Source: an uncultured Chloroflexia bacterium (GTDB taxonomy: Bacteria; Chloroflexota; Anaerolineae; JAAYZQ01). Taken from it: 64,000 nt of DNA. The stretch spans positions 27,060 to 91,059 of the forward strand of contig CAVVMX010000006.1 of NCBI GenBank assembly GCA_963749455.1. The letters run 5' to 3'. Below, one piece after another: positions 30,032-40,720 of this stretch (positions are counted from its first letter, which is position 1; each line of letters opens with the position of its first letter). A program made the position numbers and the translations under genes. Under the pieces are notes generated by a model, which worked only from the letters and a program-made list of their open reading frames with translations, made no database searches and had not been told where the DNA came from.

Positions 30032-30850
30032 ATGAGGCGAGTCAATGTGCTGGGCGTGGGGATCAGTGCCATCGATCCGCCCACGGCGGTCCAGACGATG
30101 GCCGACTGGATCGAGGCCCGCGATCGGCACTATGTGTGCGTTTGCGCTGTTCACGTGGTGACGGAGTGTGAGCGCGATCCGGCCCTGCGGGCTATGGTCA
30201 ACAACGCCGCGCTGGCGGTGCCCGACGGCATGCCCCTGGCCTGGATTGCCCGCATCCGGGGCGAGCCGCTCACCCGGCGGGTGTACGGACCGGATCTGAT
30301 GCTGGCCTTCTGCCGGCTGGCGGCCCAGCGGGGGTATCGGAGCTTTCTGCTGGGTGGCGCACCCGGGCAGCCAGAGATCCTGGTCGACCGGCTTGTTGCT
30401 CAGTTTCCTGGCCTGTCGATCGCGGGCACGCTGGCAACGCCCGAGCGTCCGCTTACACCAGAGGCGAACGCACGTGCGGTCGAAGCCATCAATCGGACAG
30501 GCGCAGATGTCGTGTGGGTCGGGATGGGCGCACCCTTGCAGGAACGATGGATGGCCGAGAACCGCGCCAACGTGGAAGCCCCGGTCCTGGTGGGGGTGGG
30601 GGCCGCCTTTGACATTCACACCGGACGGGTTCGCCAGGCGCCGCACTGGATGCAGCGGGCCGGGTTGGAGTGGCTGTTCCGGCTGACGCAGGAGCCGGGC
30701 CGGCTGTGGCGCCGCTATCTGATCGGGAATCCGTTGTTCATGTGGAAGCTGCTTGGCCAGTGGCTTGGGCTGCGAAAGTATGATCTAGTCGGCAGCGACG
30801 GTGAGGCCGATCGAGGCGCAAGGCAATGCCAAGAAGGAACAGTGCGATGA
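30032..30850 (+). CDS. WecB/TagA/CpsF-family glycosyltransferase (WecG-like)
   Basis: MRRVNVLGVGISAIDPPTAVQTMADWI…VCVCAVHVVTECERDPALRAMVNNAALAVPDGMPLAWIAR…. Confidence 0.75.
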   Translation: MRRVNVLGVGISAIDPPTAVQTMADWIEARDRHYVCVCAVHVVTECERDPALRAMVNNAALAVPDGMPLAWIARIRGEPLTRRVYGPDLMLAFCRLAAQRGYRSFLLGGAPGQPEILVDRLVAQFPGLSIAGTLATPERPLTPEANARAVEAINRTGADVVWVGMGAPLQERWMAENRANVEAPVLVGVGAAFDIHTGRVRQAPHWMQRAGLEWLFRLTQEPGRLWRRYLIGNPLFMWKLLGQWLGLRKYDLVGSDGEADRGARQCQEGTVR

Positions 30851-32193
30851 TGACAGTGCAACAGATGGTCCTGGCTGTGAGGAAGCGTTGGTGGCTGATC
30901 GCCGTTGGTACCCTGATCGCCGGTGGGATAGCGGCCGCGCTGAGCCTATGGTGGCCTCACTCTTACGAGGCCCAGGCACTGCTGTTGATCACCAAGCTGC
31001 GGCCGTCTGTGACGCTTGACACACGGTTTCAAACAGTCACAGAAGAGAATGTTGTAAACCTGTCAATCCAGGAAGAGCAGGTGCGACGCCAGACACTGGT
31101 CGAACTAGCCGGGAGCCCTGAAATCGGTGCCCAGGTGATCGAGACCTTGGGAAGCAGCCTGGCACCAGAAGAACGATCCCTTACCCGTTTGGGCAGCATG
31201 GTCAAGGCCAAGACGACCGGCAACGTCATCGCCTTTACCGCGAGCGCGGGCGAGCCAGCCACGGCTGCAGCCATTGCCAATGCCTGGGCCCGAGTGTATG
31301 CCGATTATGTCAATAGTTTATACTCCACCGCTTCGCCGAACAGCGGGCAGATCGGAGTGCAATTGGAGGAGGCAGGCAAGGCCTACGACCGGACCGAGGC
31401 GGATCTTGAGGCTTTCTTGCTGTCGAGCCAGGAGCACGAGCTGACCCGACAGCTCGAACAAAAAAAGCAGATCCTGGCCGACTTGCAGGCCGGGCAACTG
31501 GACAGCGCCCGGCAACGCGTGGTTGCCCTGCTCGACCGGGCAAACCGCATCGACGGGTTGCTGCTGGACGCTACAAACTTGAGGTTGCAGGTGATGTCGA
31601 CCCCGGGTGGCGAGCTTACGACCGCGGCCGAGCAGTTCGCTTTGTTCTTTCTGGAGGCCGGCACATTCGTACAGACGCCGGCATTCTCGATGACAGTCGA
31701 AGTGGGCAGCGGCTGGTCAGCAGACGGGACTCTGACGTCGACACAGGCGGCCGAACGGCTGGAGGATATTGTGGCGACGCTCGAAGCGGCACGGTCAGCG
31801 ACGCTGTCAGAGGTTGAGCGGCAGTCGTCAGCAGTGTTGCACGGCGAGGAGCTGTTAGGCTACGGGGCGGACGCAATCGCCGACCTGCAGTCGCAGATTT
31901 CGCGGTTGGAAGCGGCGGCGCAGGGCGAGCAGTGGAAGAAGCAGAAGCTGCTCGACGCCCAGACGGTGGCCCACGACACCTATCTGACGCTGGAGCGCAA
32001 AGCAGCCGAAGTGAAGATCTTGACGGAAGTGACGAGCGTTGAGGTGCAGGTCGCCGCTTTGGCGACCGAGCCTGAAACGCCGGCATCCCCTCGTCCTGCG
32101 CTGAGCACGGCGCTCGGAGTCGTGGCCGGGGCACTGCTGGGCTTGGCCCTGGCGTTTCTGGTGGAGGTCTGGCCACGTGAGACCAGGCCCTAG
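30847..32193 (+). CDS. Wzz/polysaccharide chain-length determinant (PCP) family protein
   Basis: N-terminal TM helix, a long coiled-coil periplasmic domain, and a C-terminal TM helix (LGVVAGALLGLALAFLVEVW). The ATG overlaps the upstream stop (ATGA). Confidence 0.65.
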   Translation: MMTVQQMVLAVRKRWWLIAVGTLIAGGIAAALSLWWPHSYEAQALLLITKLRPSVTLDTRFQTVTEENVVNLSIQEEQVRRQTLVELAGSPEIGAQVIETLGSSLAPEERSLTRLGSMVKAKTTGNVIAFTASAGEPATAAAIANAWARVYADYVNSLYSTASPNSGQIGVQLEEAGKAYDRTEADLEAFLLSSQEHELTRQLEQKKQILADLQAGQLDSARQRVVALLDRANRIDGLLLDATNLRLQVMSTPGGELTTAAEQFALFFLEAGTFVQTPAFSMTVEVGSGWSADGTLTSTQAAERLEDIVATLEAARSATLSEVERQSSAVLHGEELLGYGADAIADLQSQISRLEAAAQGEQWKKQKLLDAQTVAHDTYLTLERKAAEVKILTEVTSVEVQVAALATEPETPASPRPALSTALGVVAGALLGLALAFLVEVWPRETRP

Positions 32194-32340
32194 AGGTCAT
32201 CTTGGTGACGATCCGCAGGGGCCCTGCCCTCGGAGCAAAGAGTGCGTGGGCGGGGCGAAGGCACGGCGGCTCGGGGCGGCGGGCTGCCCTCCATCCCGTT
32301 TTCCACCTGGCGCTGGACCTCTGACAGTAGAGGAGAGAGG

Positions 32341-33372
32341 ATGATTGGCGTAGGTGTGGTGGGTGCTGGCTTCTGGGGGCCCAACATTGTCCGGGCGCTC
32401 CTGTCGCTGCCCATGTGCAGCGTCGTGCGCGTCTGCGACACGCGGGCGGGACGGCTGCAGTACATCCGTGAACGCTTTCCCCAGGTGGAAGTGACGCCTG
32501 ATTACGATGATCTGCTATGCGACCCGCGTCTGGATGCCATCTTTGTCGTGACCGGCATCCACACACACTATGACCTGGCCCTGCGGGCGCTAGATAGTGG
32601 CCGGCACGTGTTCGTTGAGAAACCACTGGCTATTAGCACCGAGCAGGCGCGCGAGATCGTGGAGCGAGCCGCAGCGCACGATCGAGTGCTGGGTGTGGGC
32701 CATCTCTTTGTCTACCATCCAGCGATCGCGCGACTGCGCCAGGAGATCGAGGCCGGCGCCCTCGGGCGGCTGTGCATCATGGCATCAGAGCGGATCAACC
32801 TGGGGCCGCCGGCCGCCGAGGTGGATGTTATCTGGGACCTGGCCGTGCACGACGTGGCGATTGCTCTTGATCTGATCGGGTGCGCGCCGTCGGAGGTGAC
32901 GGCCTATGGCGGGCACTATGTCCGACCATCGCTGGTAGATGCGGCGCTGTTGATCCTGCGCTATCCAGACGGCCAGTTGTCACAGCACCAGGTGAGCTGG
33001 TTGTCTCCAGACAAGGTGCGCCGTTTTTTCGTCGCCGGAACGGCCGGCTCGGCCCGTTTTGATCTGGCAAATGAGCCGCGGGCGCTGAGCCTGTTCGGTG
33101 CCGGCGTGGACACACGCATTGGGGCGCGCGATGACCAGGTGGTCGAGCTCAAGTATGGTCCCGGCGAGGTGCGCGTGCCCGAACTGCCGGCCGTAGAGCC
33201 GCTCAAGGCTGAGTGCCAGCATTTCCTGGAATGTGTCGTAATGGGAGGCAGCCCGCGGGCCAACGGCCTGGCGGGTCTGAACGTGGTGCGGGTCCTGGAA
33301 GCGGCCGGGCAGTCGATCGCCCTCGGCTCGCAGCCCGTGCCGTTGTTTCCTCTGGCCCCGGCCACTTGCTGA
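32341..33372 (+). CDS. Gfo/Idh/MocA-family NAD-dependent sugar oxidoreductase (WbpB/GnnA-like)
   Basis: MIGVGVVGAGFWGPNIVRAL… Rossmann N-terminus, with a GAGGAGAGAGG ribosome-binding site. It directly precedes a DegT aminotransferase. Confidence 0.75.
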   Translation: MIGVGVVGAGFWGPNIVRALLSLPMCSVVRVCDTRAGRLQYIRERFPQVEVTPDYDDLLCDPRLDAIFVVTGIHTHYDLALRALDSGRHVFVEKPLAISTEQAREIVERAAAHDRVLGVGHLFVYHPAIARLRQEIEAGALGRLCIMASERINLGPPAAEVDVIWDLAVHDVAIALDLIGCAPSEVTAYGGHYVRPSLVDAALLILRYPDGQLSQHQVSWLSPDKVRRFFVAGTAGSARFDLANEPRALSLFGAGVDTRIGARDDQVVELKYGPGEVRVPELPAVEPLKAECQHFLECVVMGGSPRANGLAGLNVVRVLEAAGQSIALGSQPVPLFPLAPATC

Positions 33373-33402
33373 CGGGGTTCAGTTGAACTTGGTGGAGCTC
33401 AC

Positions 33403-34500
33403 ATGGCTATTCCGTTCGTCGATCTGGGAAAGCAGTACGAATCGATGCGGGACGAGATCACGGTCGCCCTCGGCGGCGTGCTGGATAGCTCCCGCTTTGT
33501 GGGTGGGCCGGTGGTGGGGGCGTTCGAAGCTGAGTTCGCCCGCTTTTGCGGGGTCAAGCACGCCATTGGCGTAGGCAACGGCACCGACGCCCTGATGCTT
33601 GCCCTGCGTGCGTGCGGCGTCGTCGCCGGCGACGAGGTGATAACCAGCGCCTTTACCTTTACGGCCACGGCCGAGGCGATCGTAAATGCTGGAGCGCGGC
33701 CTGTCTTTGTCGACGTCGACGATACATATACACTGGACGTGGAGCAGGTGGCTGAGCGGATCACCTCGCATACCCGGGCGATCATCGCCGTGCATCTTTA
33801 TGGCCAGCCCGCTGACATGGATCCGCTGCTGGCGCTGGCAGAGCACCACGGCCTGTGTCTCATCGAGGACGCGGCCCAGGCACACGGGGCCTACTATCAC
33901 GACCGGCGCGTCGGTTCGCTGGGGCACATCGCCTGTTTTAGCTTTTATCCCTCCAAGCCATTGGGCGCCTACGGGGACGGTGGGGCGGTGCTGACCGATG
34001 ACGACCGTTATGCCGCAGCCGTTCGGCTGCTGTGCGATCACGGCCGCTCCAGCTACTACCTGCACGACGTGGTGGGCATCAACAGCCGGCTGGATGCGCT
34101 GCAGGCAGCGGTCCTGCGCGCCAAGTTACCCCATGTGGACGATTGGAACGCGGCGCGGCGCCGCGTGGCCGCTCTGTACGATGCCCGGCTCGCGCCACTT
34201 GGGCTGGAGGTGCCCTGTGTGGCGCCCGGCCGCGAGCACGTGTATCACCTGTACGTGATTCGCAGCCGCCGGCGCGATGCCGTGCGCCAGCACCTGGCGG
34301 CGGCCGGTATCCAGACCGGGCTGCATTACCCAGTGCCGCTCCATCTACAGCCGGCATATCGCGACCTCGGCTACCAGACAGGCTCGCTGCCCAATAGCGA
34401 GGCGTGGGCCGCCGAGATCCTATCGCTGCCGATGTACGCCGAGCTGACGGAGGGGCAGATCGGCGAGGTAGTGGCGGCAGCAGCAGCTGCTCTGTCCTAG
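33403..34500 (+). CDS. DegT/DnrJ/EryC1/StrS-family PLP-dependent sugar aminotransferase (WbpE-like)
   Basis: MAIPFVDLGKQYESMRDEI… and …GVGNGTDALMLALRA… motifs. Confidence 0.85.
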   Translation: MAIPFVDLGKQYESMRDEITVALGGVLDSSRFVGGPVVGAFEAEFARFCGVKHAIGVGNGTDALMLALRACGVVAGDEVITSAFTFTATAEAIVNAGARPVFVDVDDTYTLDVEQVAERITSHTRAIIAVHLYGQPADMDPLLALAEHHGLCLIEDAAQAHGAYYHDRRVGSLGHIACFSFYPSKPLGAYGDGGAVLTDDDRYAAAVRLLCDHGRSSYYLHDVVGINSRLDALQAAVLRAKLPHVDDWNAARRRVAALYDARLAPLGLEVPCVAPGREHVYHLYVIRSRRRDAVRQHLAAAGIQTGLHYPVPLHLQPAYRDLGYQTGSLPNSEAWAAEILSLPMYAELTEGQIGEVVAAAAAALS

Positions 34501-34526
34501 ATGTCCTGGAGCCGATGGATGAGTAG

Positions 34527-35774
34527 GTGGCAGGCATGAAGGGATCTCGTACCTTTGCAGCGCTGCGGCACCGCGATTTCAGGCTGTTCTGGGCCGGACT
34601 GACGCTGTCGCTGGTCGGGGGCTGGATGCAGCAGGTCGCCGCGCCGTGGTTGGTGTACCGGCTGACAGACTCGGCGTTGGCGCTAGGGCTAGTGGCGTTC
34701 GTCGCCGTGGTCCCAGCTGCGCCGCTGTCGCTGGTGGCCGGGCCGCTGCTGGATCGGCTGCCGCGCCGGCCGGTGTTGATCGCCTGCCAAGTGGGGCTAC
34801 TGCTGCCGCCGCTGTCGATCGCCGTGCTGATCTGGACGGGTCACATCCAGGTGTGGCATGTGGTGGCAGCCGAGGTGGTGCGCGGCGTGGTGTCTACATT
34901 CGACCAGCCGGCCAAGCAGGTGGCAATCGTCGACATGACCGGCAAGGAGGACGCGGCCAGTGCGGTCGCGCTGTGGATGGCGGCCATTAACGTGGCCAAG
35001 GTGGTAGGGCCGGCGATTGCCGGCGTAGTGGTGGCAGCAGTCGGGGAGGGGCTGTGCTTCTTCCTGAATGGTCTGAGCTTCCTGGCCGTGATCGGGGCGC
35101 TGCTGGCGATCAGGCTGCCGGGGGCGGCGCGCACCGAGCGGCCTCGGTCACTGGCGGGCAGTCTGGCCGACGGGGTGCGCTACCTGACCGGGGAGCGGCT
35201 GCTGCTCGCGGTGGCGGTGCTGCCGCTGCTGGCCGGCTTTTTCGTGCGGCCGTTCCAGACGCTGCTCCCCGTGTTCGCCGACGACGTGTTGGCGGCGGGG
35301 GCGCGGGGCCTGGGGTTTCTGAATGCGGCAGCCGGGGCCGGGGCGTTGCTGGGGGCGCTGGGCGCGGGCAGTGTTCGGCGAGGCAGGCAGTGGCTGGTGG
35401 CCGTGGTGGTGGCTTTGCTGCTGCCAGCGGCGACGGCCGGCTTTGCGTTTTCACGGTCGTTCCCCTGGGCATGCGCGCTGCTGGTGGTCACGGGAGGGCT
35501 GCTGGTGAGCGTGGAGACGCTGGCCGGTTCGCTGCTGCTGACGGGAGTGAGAGACGAGTTTCGCGGGCGGGTGATGAGCCTCTTCTCAGCAGCGGCAATG
35601 GGGCTGCCGCGCGTGGGCGGCCTGGGGGCGGGCTGGCTGGCCGGTGTGCTGGGCGCGCCGCTGGCCCTCAGTCTGGGGGCGCTCGCCGCACTGGTCTGTA
35701 CCGGGCCGGTGGCGTGGATCATCGTCGCAGCAGGCAGGCGCCAGACCCGGCTCTTGGCGGAGGAGCAGGCATAG
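34527..35774 (+). CDS. MFS transporter
   Basis: 12 TM helices; …FRLFWAGLTLSLVGGWMQQVAAPWLVYRLT… matches the MFS N-terminal signature. Confidence 0.75.
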   Translation: MAGMKGSRTFAALRHRDFRLFWAGLTLSLVGGWMQQVAAPWLVYRLTDSALALGLVAFVAVVPAAPLSLVAGPLLDRLPRRPVLIACQVGLLLPPLSIAVLIWTGHIQVWHVVAAEVVRGVVSTFDQPAKQVAIVDMTGKEDAASAVALWMAAINVAKVVGPAIAGVVVAAVGEGLCFFLNGLSFLAVIGALLAIRLPGAARTERPRSLAGSLADGVRYLTGERLLLAVAVLPLLAGFFVRPFQTLLPVFADDVLAAGARGLGFLNAAAGAGALLGALGAGSVRRGRQWLVAVVVALLLPAATAGFAFSRSFPWACALLVVTGGLLVSVETLAGSLLLTGVRDEFRGRVMSLFSAAAMGLPRVGGLGAGWLAGVLGAPLALSLGALAALVCTGPVAWIIVAAGRRQTRLLAEEQA

Positions 35775-35795
35775 AGTCAAAGGTATTGAGGCTGC

Positions 35796-36773
35796 ATGAT
35801 CATCACTCAAACGCCGCTGCGGATCAGTTTTCTCGGCGGCGGCACCGATTTTCGTGAGTTTTATTCCCAAGAAGGGGGTTGTGTCCTCAGCGCGGCCATC
35901 GACAAATACGTTTTTGTCGTTCTCACAGAGCGATTCGACGACAAGATCTATGTCGACTATTCTCGGCGAGAGATCGTGGACGATGTAAGCCAGATCCAAC
36001 ACGAGCTGGCCAGGGAAGCGATGCGGATCACGGGAACAGAACGGGGCATCGAGATCGCCACTTTGGCTGACATTCCTTCAGAAGGCACCGGCCTGGGCTC
36101 ATCCAGTAGTGTTACAGTGGGTCTGCTTCACGCACTTTACACCCATCAAGGGGTCATCAGGTCGGCTGAGGATCTGGCGCAGGAGGCGTGCAAGATCGAG
36201 ATCGACATCTGTTCCAAGCCGATAGGGAAGCAGGATCAATATATCGCCGCGTATGGCGGGCTCCGCTTTATCGAGTTCTGTCCAGACGAGAAGGTTCGCC
36301 TTAGCTCCATCATCCTTGACAGAGACGCGCAGCAGGAGTTGAGCCGCCATTTGATGCTGTTCTACACGAACAGGACTCGCCGCTCGGAGACGATCCTGAG
36401 CGAACAGAAGAAGAACATTGAGACGCAGATGGAAACACTGCGCACTCTAAAAGCACTAGCCATTGAAGGCAAGACGTGCCTGCAGCAGGGCAACTTTGAC
36501 CTGCTAGGCGCGCTACTTCACCAAGGATGGGAATGGAAAAGACGACTGGCCAGCAAGATCAGTGACCCCGAAATTGACGCCATATACGACGCAGCGCGGC
36601 AGGCAGGGGCCATCGGCGGCAAGATCACAGGGGCTGGCGGCGGAGGATTTCTGTTGCTTTACTGCCCACAGGGCCGGCAGCGTGCCGTACGACAGACGCT
36701 GAGCGCCCTGCGTGAAGTGCCTTTGCAGATAGAGCGCGATGGTGCAAAGGTCATATTCAACTATCGCAGGTGA
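35796..36773 (+). CDS. GHMP-family sugar kinase (D-glycero-D-manno-heptose 7-phosphate kinase, HddA-like)
   Basis: MIITQTPLRISFLGGGTDF… N-terminus and the GHMP ATP motif …SEGTGLGSSSS…. Confidence 0.7.
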   Translation: MIITQTPLRISFLGGGTDFREFYSQEGGCVLSAAIDKYVFVVLTERFDDKIYVDYSRREIVDDVSQIQHELAREAMRITGTERGIEIATLADIPSEGTGLGSSSSVTVGLLHALYTHQGVIRSAEDLAQEACKIEIDICSKPIGKQDQYIAAYGGLRFIEFCPDEKVRLSSIILDRDAQQELSRHLMLFYTNRTRRSETILSEQKKNIETQMETLRTLKALAIEGKTCLQQGNFDLLGALLHQGWEWKRRLASKISDPEIDAIYDAARQAGAIGGKITGAGGGGFLLLYCPQGRQRAVRQTLSALREVPLQIERDGAKVIFNYRR

Positions 36774-36780
36774 TCTGGCT

Positions 36781-37962
36781 ATGGAAGAAATCGATATCTA
36801 CTTATCACAGGTGCAGAAGCTTCTCGGACAGCTACCCGGTCAGGACATCCAGGCGGTCATTAGTGTGCTGCGCTACGCGCGAGTCAATGGCCGGCAGGTG
36901 TTCATCATAGGCAACGGGGGCAGTGCAGCCACTGCCTCTCATTTCGCCTGCGACCTGGCCAAGGGGACGGTTCGCGACGGCTCCCCTCGTTTTCAGGTTA
37001 CGGCCCTGACGGATAACATGCCTCTCTTTTCAGCCTGGGCCAACGATGCCGGCTATGAACATGCCTTTAGCCAGCAGCTGATGAGCCTGGTCGAGGGCGG
37101 TGATATCGTCATTGCCATCAGTGGCAGCGGCAACTCGCCGAATGTGCTCAATGCAGTGGGCGTGGCGAAATCGTTGGGAGCTATCACCATCGGCTTGGCT
37201 GGCTTTTCGGGCGGCGGGCTTAAAGACCTTGCGGACATTTGCGTGATCGTTCCATCCGACTGCATGGAGCAGGTTGAGGACGTTCACCTGGTGCTGGAGC
37301 ACCTGATCTGTACTACCCTCCGCCAGGACCAATTCGAGCCACGCGCCGCACCGCCAATGTCTATAGAGCATCGCGGGTCGATGACAGGACAACGACGCGC
37401 GGTTTTCCTGGATCGCGATGGGGTCATCAATCAAAACCGCAGTGATTATGTTAAGTCTTGGGAGGAGTTTGCGTTCCTGCCCGAAGCGCTAGATGCTCTT
37501 CAGATGTTGGCATCAAGCCCACTGGCCATCGTGATTGTTACCAATCAATCTGCCATTGGGCGAAACATCGTAACACAATCGGGCGTGGAGGAGATAAACC
37601 GGCGCATGGTAGAACAGGTGCAGCAGCGAGGTGGAAGGATAGATGGCGTGTACTTTTGCCCGCATCGGCCCGAGGACCGGTGCCGCTGTCGCAAGCCGGC
37701 GCCCGGTTTGTTGCTTGACGCGGCCGGTCCGATGGGGATCGACCTGGCACACTCCTATGTCATTGGTGATTCGCTCAACGATTTGCGCGCCGGCCGGTCC
37801 GTTGGCTGTCGCGGTGTGCTGGTTCTCACCGGCCGCGGCCTGGAAGAACTGTGTGGCGACCACCATTCGCTGCAGACGAACTACTATCTGGCGCGAAACA
37901 TCTTTGCGGCGGCAAGGTGGGTGATGGAACGAGAAGTGGCCGTGTCAGAGGGGAGGTTATGA
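36781..37962 (+). CDS. fusion of SIS-domain sedoheptulose-7-phosphate isomerase (GmhA-like) and HAD-family D,D-heptose 1,7-bisphosphate phosphatase (GmhB-like)
   Basis: The N-terminus has …VFIIGNGGSAATASHFACDLAKG… (SIS). The C-terminus has RAVFLDRDGVINQN… (HAD motif I) and a CxH…CRC zinc site typical of GmhB. Confidence 0.75.
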   Translation: MEEIDIYLSQVQKLLGQLPGQDIQAVISVLRYARVNGRQVFIIGNGGSAATASHFACDLAKGTVRDGSPRFQVTALTDNMPLFSAWANDAGYEHAFSQQLMSLVEGGDIVIAISGSGNSPNVLNAVGVAKSLGAITIGLAGFSGGGLKDLADICVIVPSDCMEQVEDVHLVLEHLICTTLRQDQFEPRAAPPMSIEHRGSMTGQRRAVFLDRDGVINQNRSDYVKSWEEFAFLPEALDALQMLASSPLAIVIVTNQSAIGRNIVTQSGVEEINRRMVEQVQQRGGRIDGVYFCPHRPEDRCRCRKPAPGLLLDAAGPMGIDLAHSYVIGDSLNDLRAGRSVGCRGVLVLTGRGLEELCGDHHSLQTNYYLARNIFAAARWVMEREVAVSEGRL

Positions 37963-39099
37963 GAGTTCTCGTTACCGGCGGAGCGGGCTTTATCGGCTCG
38001 CACACCGTCGATCTATTGCTCGAAAAGGGATATGAGGTCCGCATCCTGGATAGCCTCCAGCCGCGTGTTCATCCGCGTGGCAAGCCGGCGTGGGTGCCGA
38101 AGGAGGCCGAGTTCGTGCAGGGCGACGCCGCCAGCCGGATGGATCTGGCGCCGGCGATGGCAGATGTGGAGTACTTGATCCATTTAGCCGCCTATCAAGA
38201 CCATCTTCCCGATTTCTCCACGTTCGTCCACACCAACGCCGAGAGCGCGGCACTGATTTTTGAGCTGATCGTCGAAGCGACGCTTGCGGGCCGGCCGCTG
38301 CCGATCCAGAAAGTGGTGTTTGCGTCCTCGCAAGCGGTATGCGGCGACGGGTTGTATTGCTGTCCTGTGCATGGCCTGCTAACCCCGGGACCGCGCCCCC
38401 TGGCGCAGTTGCAGCGCGGCGACTGGGAAATACACTGTCCACACTGCGGCGCGACCATGGAGCCCCGGCCGATTCCCGAGACGGTGTCCAGCCCGGGCAC
38501 GACGTATGGCATTACCAAGTACGCGGTCGAGATGCTGGCCGACCGGCTCGGCCGGCGGTACGGCATCCCCACCGTGTGCCTGCGCTATTCCTGCGTCCAG
38601 GGAGCGCGCAACTCCTTCTATAACGCCTATTCGGGTGTGGCCCGCATCTTTGCGCTCCGGCTGATGCACGGTCTGGCGCCGGTCTGTTTCGAGGATGGCC
38701 GGCAGCGCCGCGACTATGTCAATGTCCGCGACGTTGCGCGGGCGAACGTCACGACTATGGAGGACGAGCGGGCGGACTATCAGGTGTTCAACGTGGGCGG
38801 CAAGCGGCCGGTGACGGTGCTGGAGCTGGCCCGTATCATGATGGCTCGAGTTTGGCGCCGAAGCTGCGCACCTCGAGCCGCTAGTGCCCGGGCAGTTCCG
38901 GCTGGGCGATACACGCCACACCGTCTCGGACGTGTCGCGCCTGGAGGCGCTTGGCTGGCAGCCCGCGGTCCCCGTCGAGCAGAATGTGCGCGAGTACGTG
39001 GCCTGGATACGTGAGCAGCGGACGACTGCCGAGTTCTTGCACGAGGCCGATCGGATCATGCACGAGCAGAAGGTGATACAGGGCGTGATACCAGGATGA
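37959..39099 (+). CDS. NAD-dependent epimerase/dehydratase (extended SDR) with a Cys-rich insertion; apparent frameshift near 38850
   Basis: MRVLVTGGAGFIGSHTVDLLL…, then an insert CGDGLYCCPVHG…HCPHCG. The C-terminal consensus (…LGWQPAVPVEQNVREYVAWI…) lies in the 38884 frame. The ATG overlaps the upstream stop. Confidence 0.65.
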
Positions 39100-39139
39100 G
39101 AAGCCACTCGTCAGAGCAGGTACTCGACAAGGAACAGCG

Positions 39140-40570
39140 ATGAAACGGCCGGGATCTATGTTAGTCATCTTGGGCTTGCTGGGGATGTTGGCATTGCTGG
39201 CGCTGGCCGGGTGTGAGCCATCGGCCACGCCCGTTCGCACGGCGACTGTACTGCCTTCGCCAACTCCCGCCGTAACCTCGCCGGCTCCTCCGGCGGCCGG
39301 CGATTCGCGCTTTGGAGCATGCTTTTTCAGCGGCAAGCTAAACGCGGCGAACTTGCCGTGCGCTGAGCTGCAGAAGATGGGTATCCGCACTACCTTCTTT
39401 GGCGCCTGGTGGGGTCAGATCGAGCCGCAGCCCGGCAAGTACGACTGGAGTGCCATCGATCCGGCGGTGGACGCGGCCCTGGCCTGCGGCGTGGAGCCGG
39501 TAATCAAGATCAGCGCCAGCCCCGGCCCCGGTCAGGACAGCACACCACCTGACGACGTTGATGCCTACGCGCGCTTTGTGGCGGCCCTTGTGCAGCACCT
39601 CAAGGGTCGCGTGCGCACCTATGCCATCGAGAACGAGATCAATAATCCGCGCCTGGTCTGGACGGCAGACACATATGGTCCGTTGCTCGCTGCTGCATAC
39701 CAGGCCATCAAGCGTGCCGACCCGCAGGCCCAGGTGTTGGACAGTGGGCTGACGATGCAGGCCTATATTCCGGCGAGGGCGAACGAGCTGGTACAGGCCG
39801 GCGAGGTAGAAGACGCGATCGCCATGCTCCAGCGTTTCCAGGCCGGCATGACCCGAACACCCAAGAACCTGCCCGCCACGCCACAGAAACTGGCCGAATG
39901 GCTCGACGAGCCCATCTATGTGCGTGCTGTGGGCCTGATGGATGAATTGCGCCAGCACCCCGACACTTACGACGCGGTGCAGCTCCATTACCTTCAGGAT
40001 GCCTGGGAACTGATCCCGGAATACGTGAGCTGGGTCCGGACCTGGTTTCCCGGCAAGCCGTTCGAGTTCTGGGAGATCGGCTTTGGCTGGTCCGGCGAGG
40101 AAGCGGGCCAGCAGTTCACCGAAGAGGGCCACGCCGCCGGTGTGATCAAGACCCTGGTCAGTGCCTTGGGTGAGGGCGCGAGCCGTGTCATCTACGAGCC
40201 GTACTCGGAAGGGTTAAAGCCGGAAGACCAATCGGACAGGGCACAGCGCAAGTTCGGGCGAGGCCTGGTGACCCTCGACGGGCCTCGTCTGGCCGCTACG
40301 GCCTATGGGACGATGGCCAGCCAACTGAGTGGTTACCAAAGCACCGAGCGCTTGGATCTAGGGACGGGGATATGGGCCTACCACTTTACCACTCCGCGCG
40401 GCGATGTGTATGTGGTGTGGGCCAAGCAGGAAGCCACCGTGCGTCTGCCTGTTTCGGTTGCGCGGGTGACTATGGCCGACCTCACCGGGGCCGTGACTCA
40501 AGTTGACCCGACCGCTCTACCGGTTGGCGATAGTCCGGTCTTTGTCACCATTCCGCAGGCCGCGCGTTGA
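39140..40570 (+). CDS. lipoprotein, TIM-barrel glycoside-hydrolase-like (GH5/GH39-like)
   Basis: A lipobox signal (…LALLALAGC) and a Pro/Thr linker. The …FFGAWWGQIEPQPGKYDW… and …YAIENEIN… motifs resemble retaining GH clan A enzymes. Confidence 0.55.
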   Translation: MKRPGSMLVILGLLGMLALLALAGCEPSATPVRTATVLPSPTPAVTSPAPPAAGDSRFGACFFSGKLNAANLPCAELQKMGIRTTFFGAWWGQIEPQPGKYDWSAIDPAVDAALACGVEPVIKISASPGPGQDSTPPDDVDAYARFVAALVQHLKGRVRTYAIENEINNPRLVWTADTYGPLLAAAYQAIKRADPQAQVLDSGLTMQAYIPARANELVQAGEVEDAIAMLQRFQAGMTRTPKNLPATPQKLAEWLDEPIYVRAVGLMDELRQHPDTYDAVQLHYLQDAWELIPEYVSWVRTWFPGKPFEFWEIGFGWSGEEAGQQFTEEGHAAGVIKTLVSALGEGASRVIYEPYSEGLKPEDQSDRAQRKFGRGLVTLDGPRLAATAYGTMASQLSGYQSTERLDLGTGIWAYHFTTPRGDVYVVWAKQEATVRLPVSVARVTMADLTGAVTQVDPTALPVGDSPVFVTIPQAAR

Positions 40571-40720
40571 GAAGGGCGAGGGTATCGCTTTCCCTCGGAC
40601 GACGTGAGGGGACGCCTGCACCCACGGCGGCTGCGGCGCGAGTGAGGAGGGGGACAGGCCCGGGTAAGAAGGAGCTTGTATCCAATGTGTAGCGCCTGTT
40701 GCTCGAGGAGAGAGGAGAAT

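Noticed and set aside
35054-35857. 267-aa plus-strand ORF in an alternate frame of the MFS transporter gene
   Set aside because: The Gly/Arg/Ala-rich frame artefact overlaps a clearly hydrophobic 12-TM reading frame.
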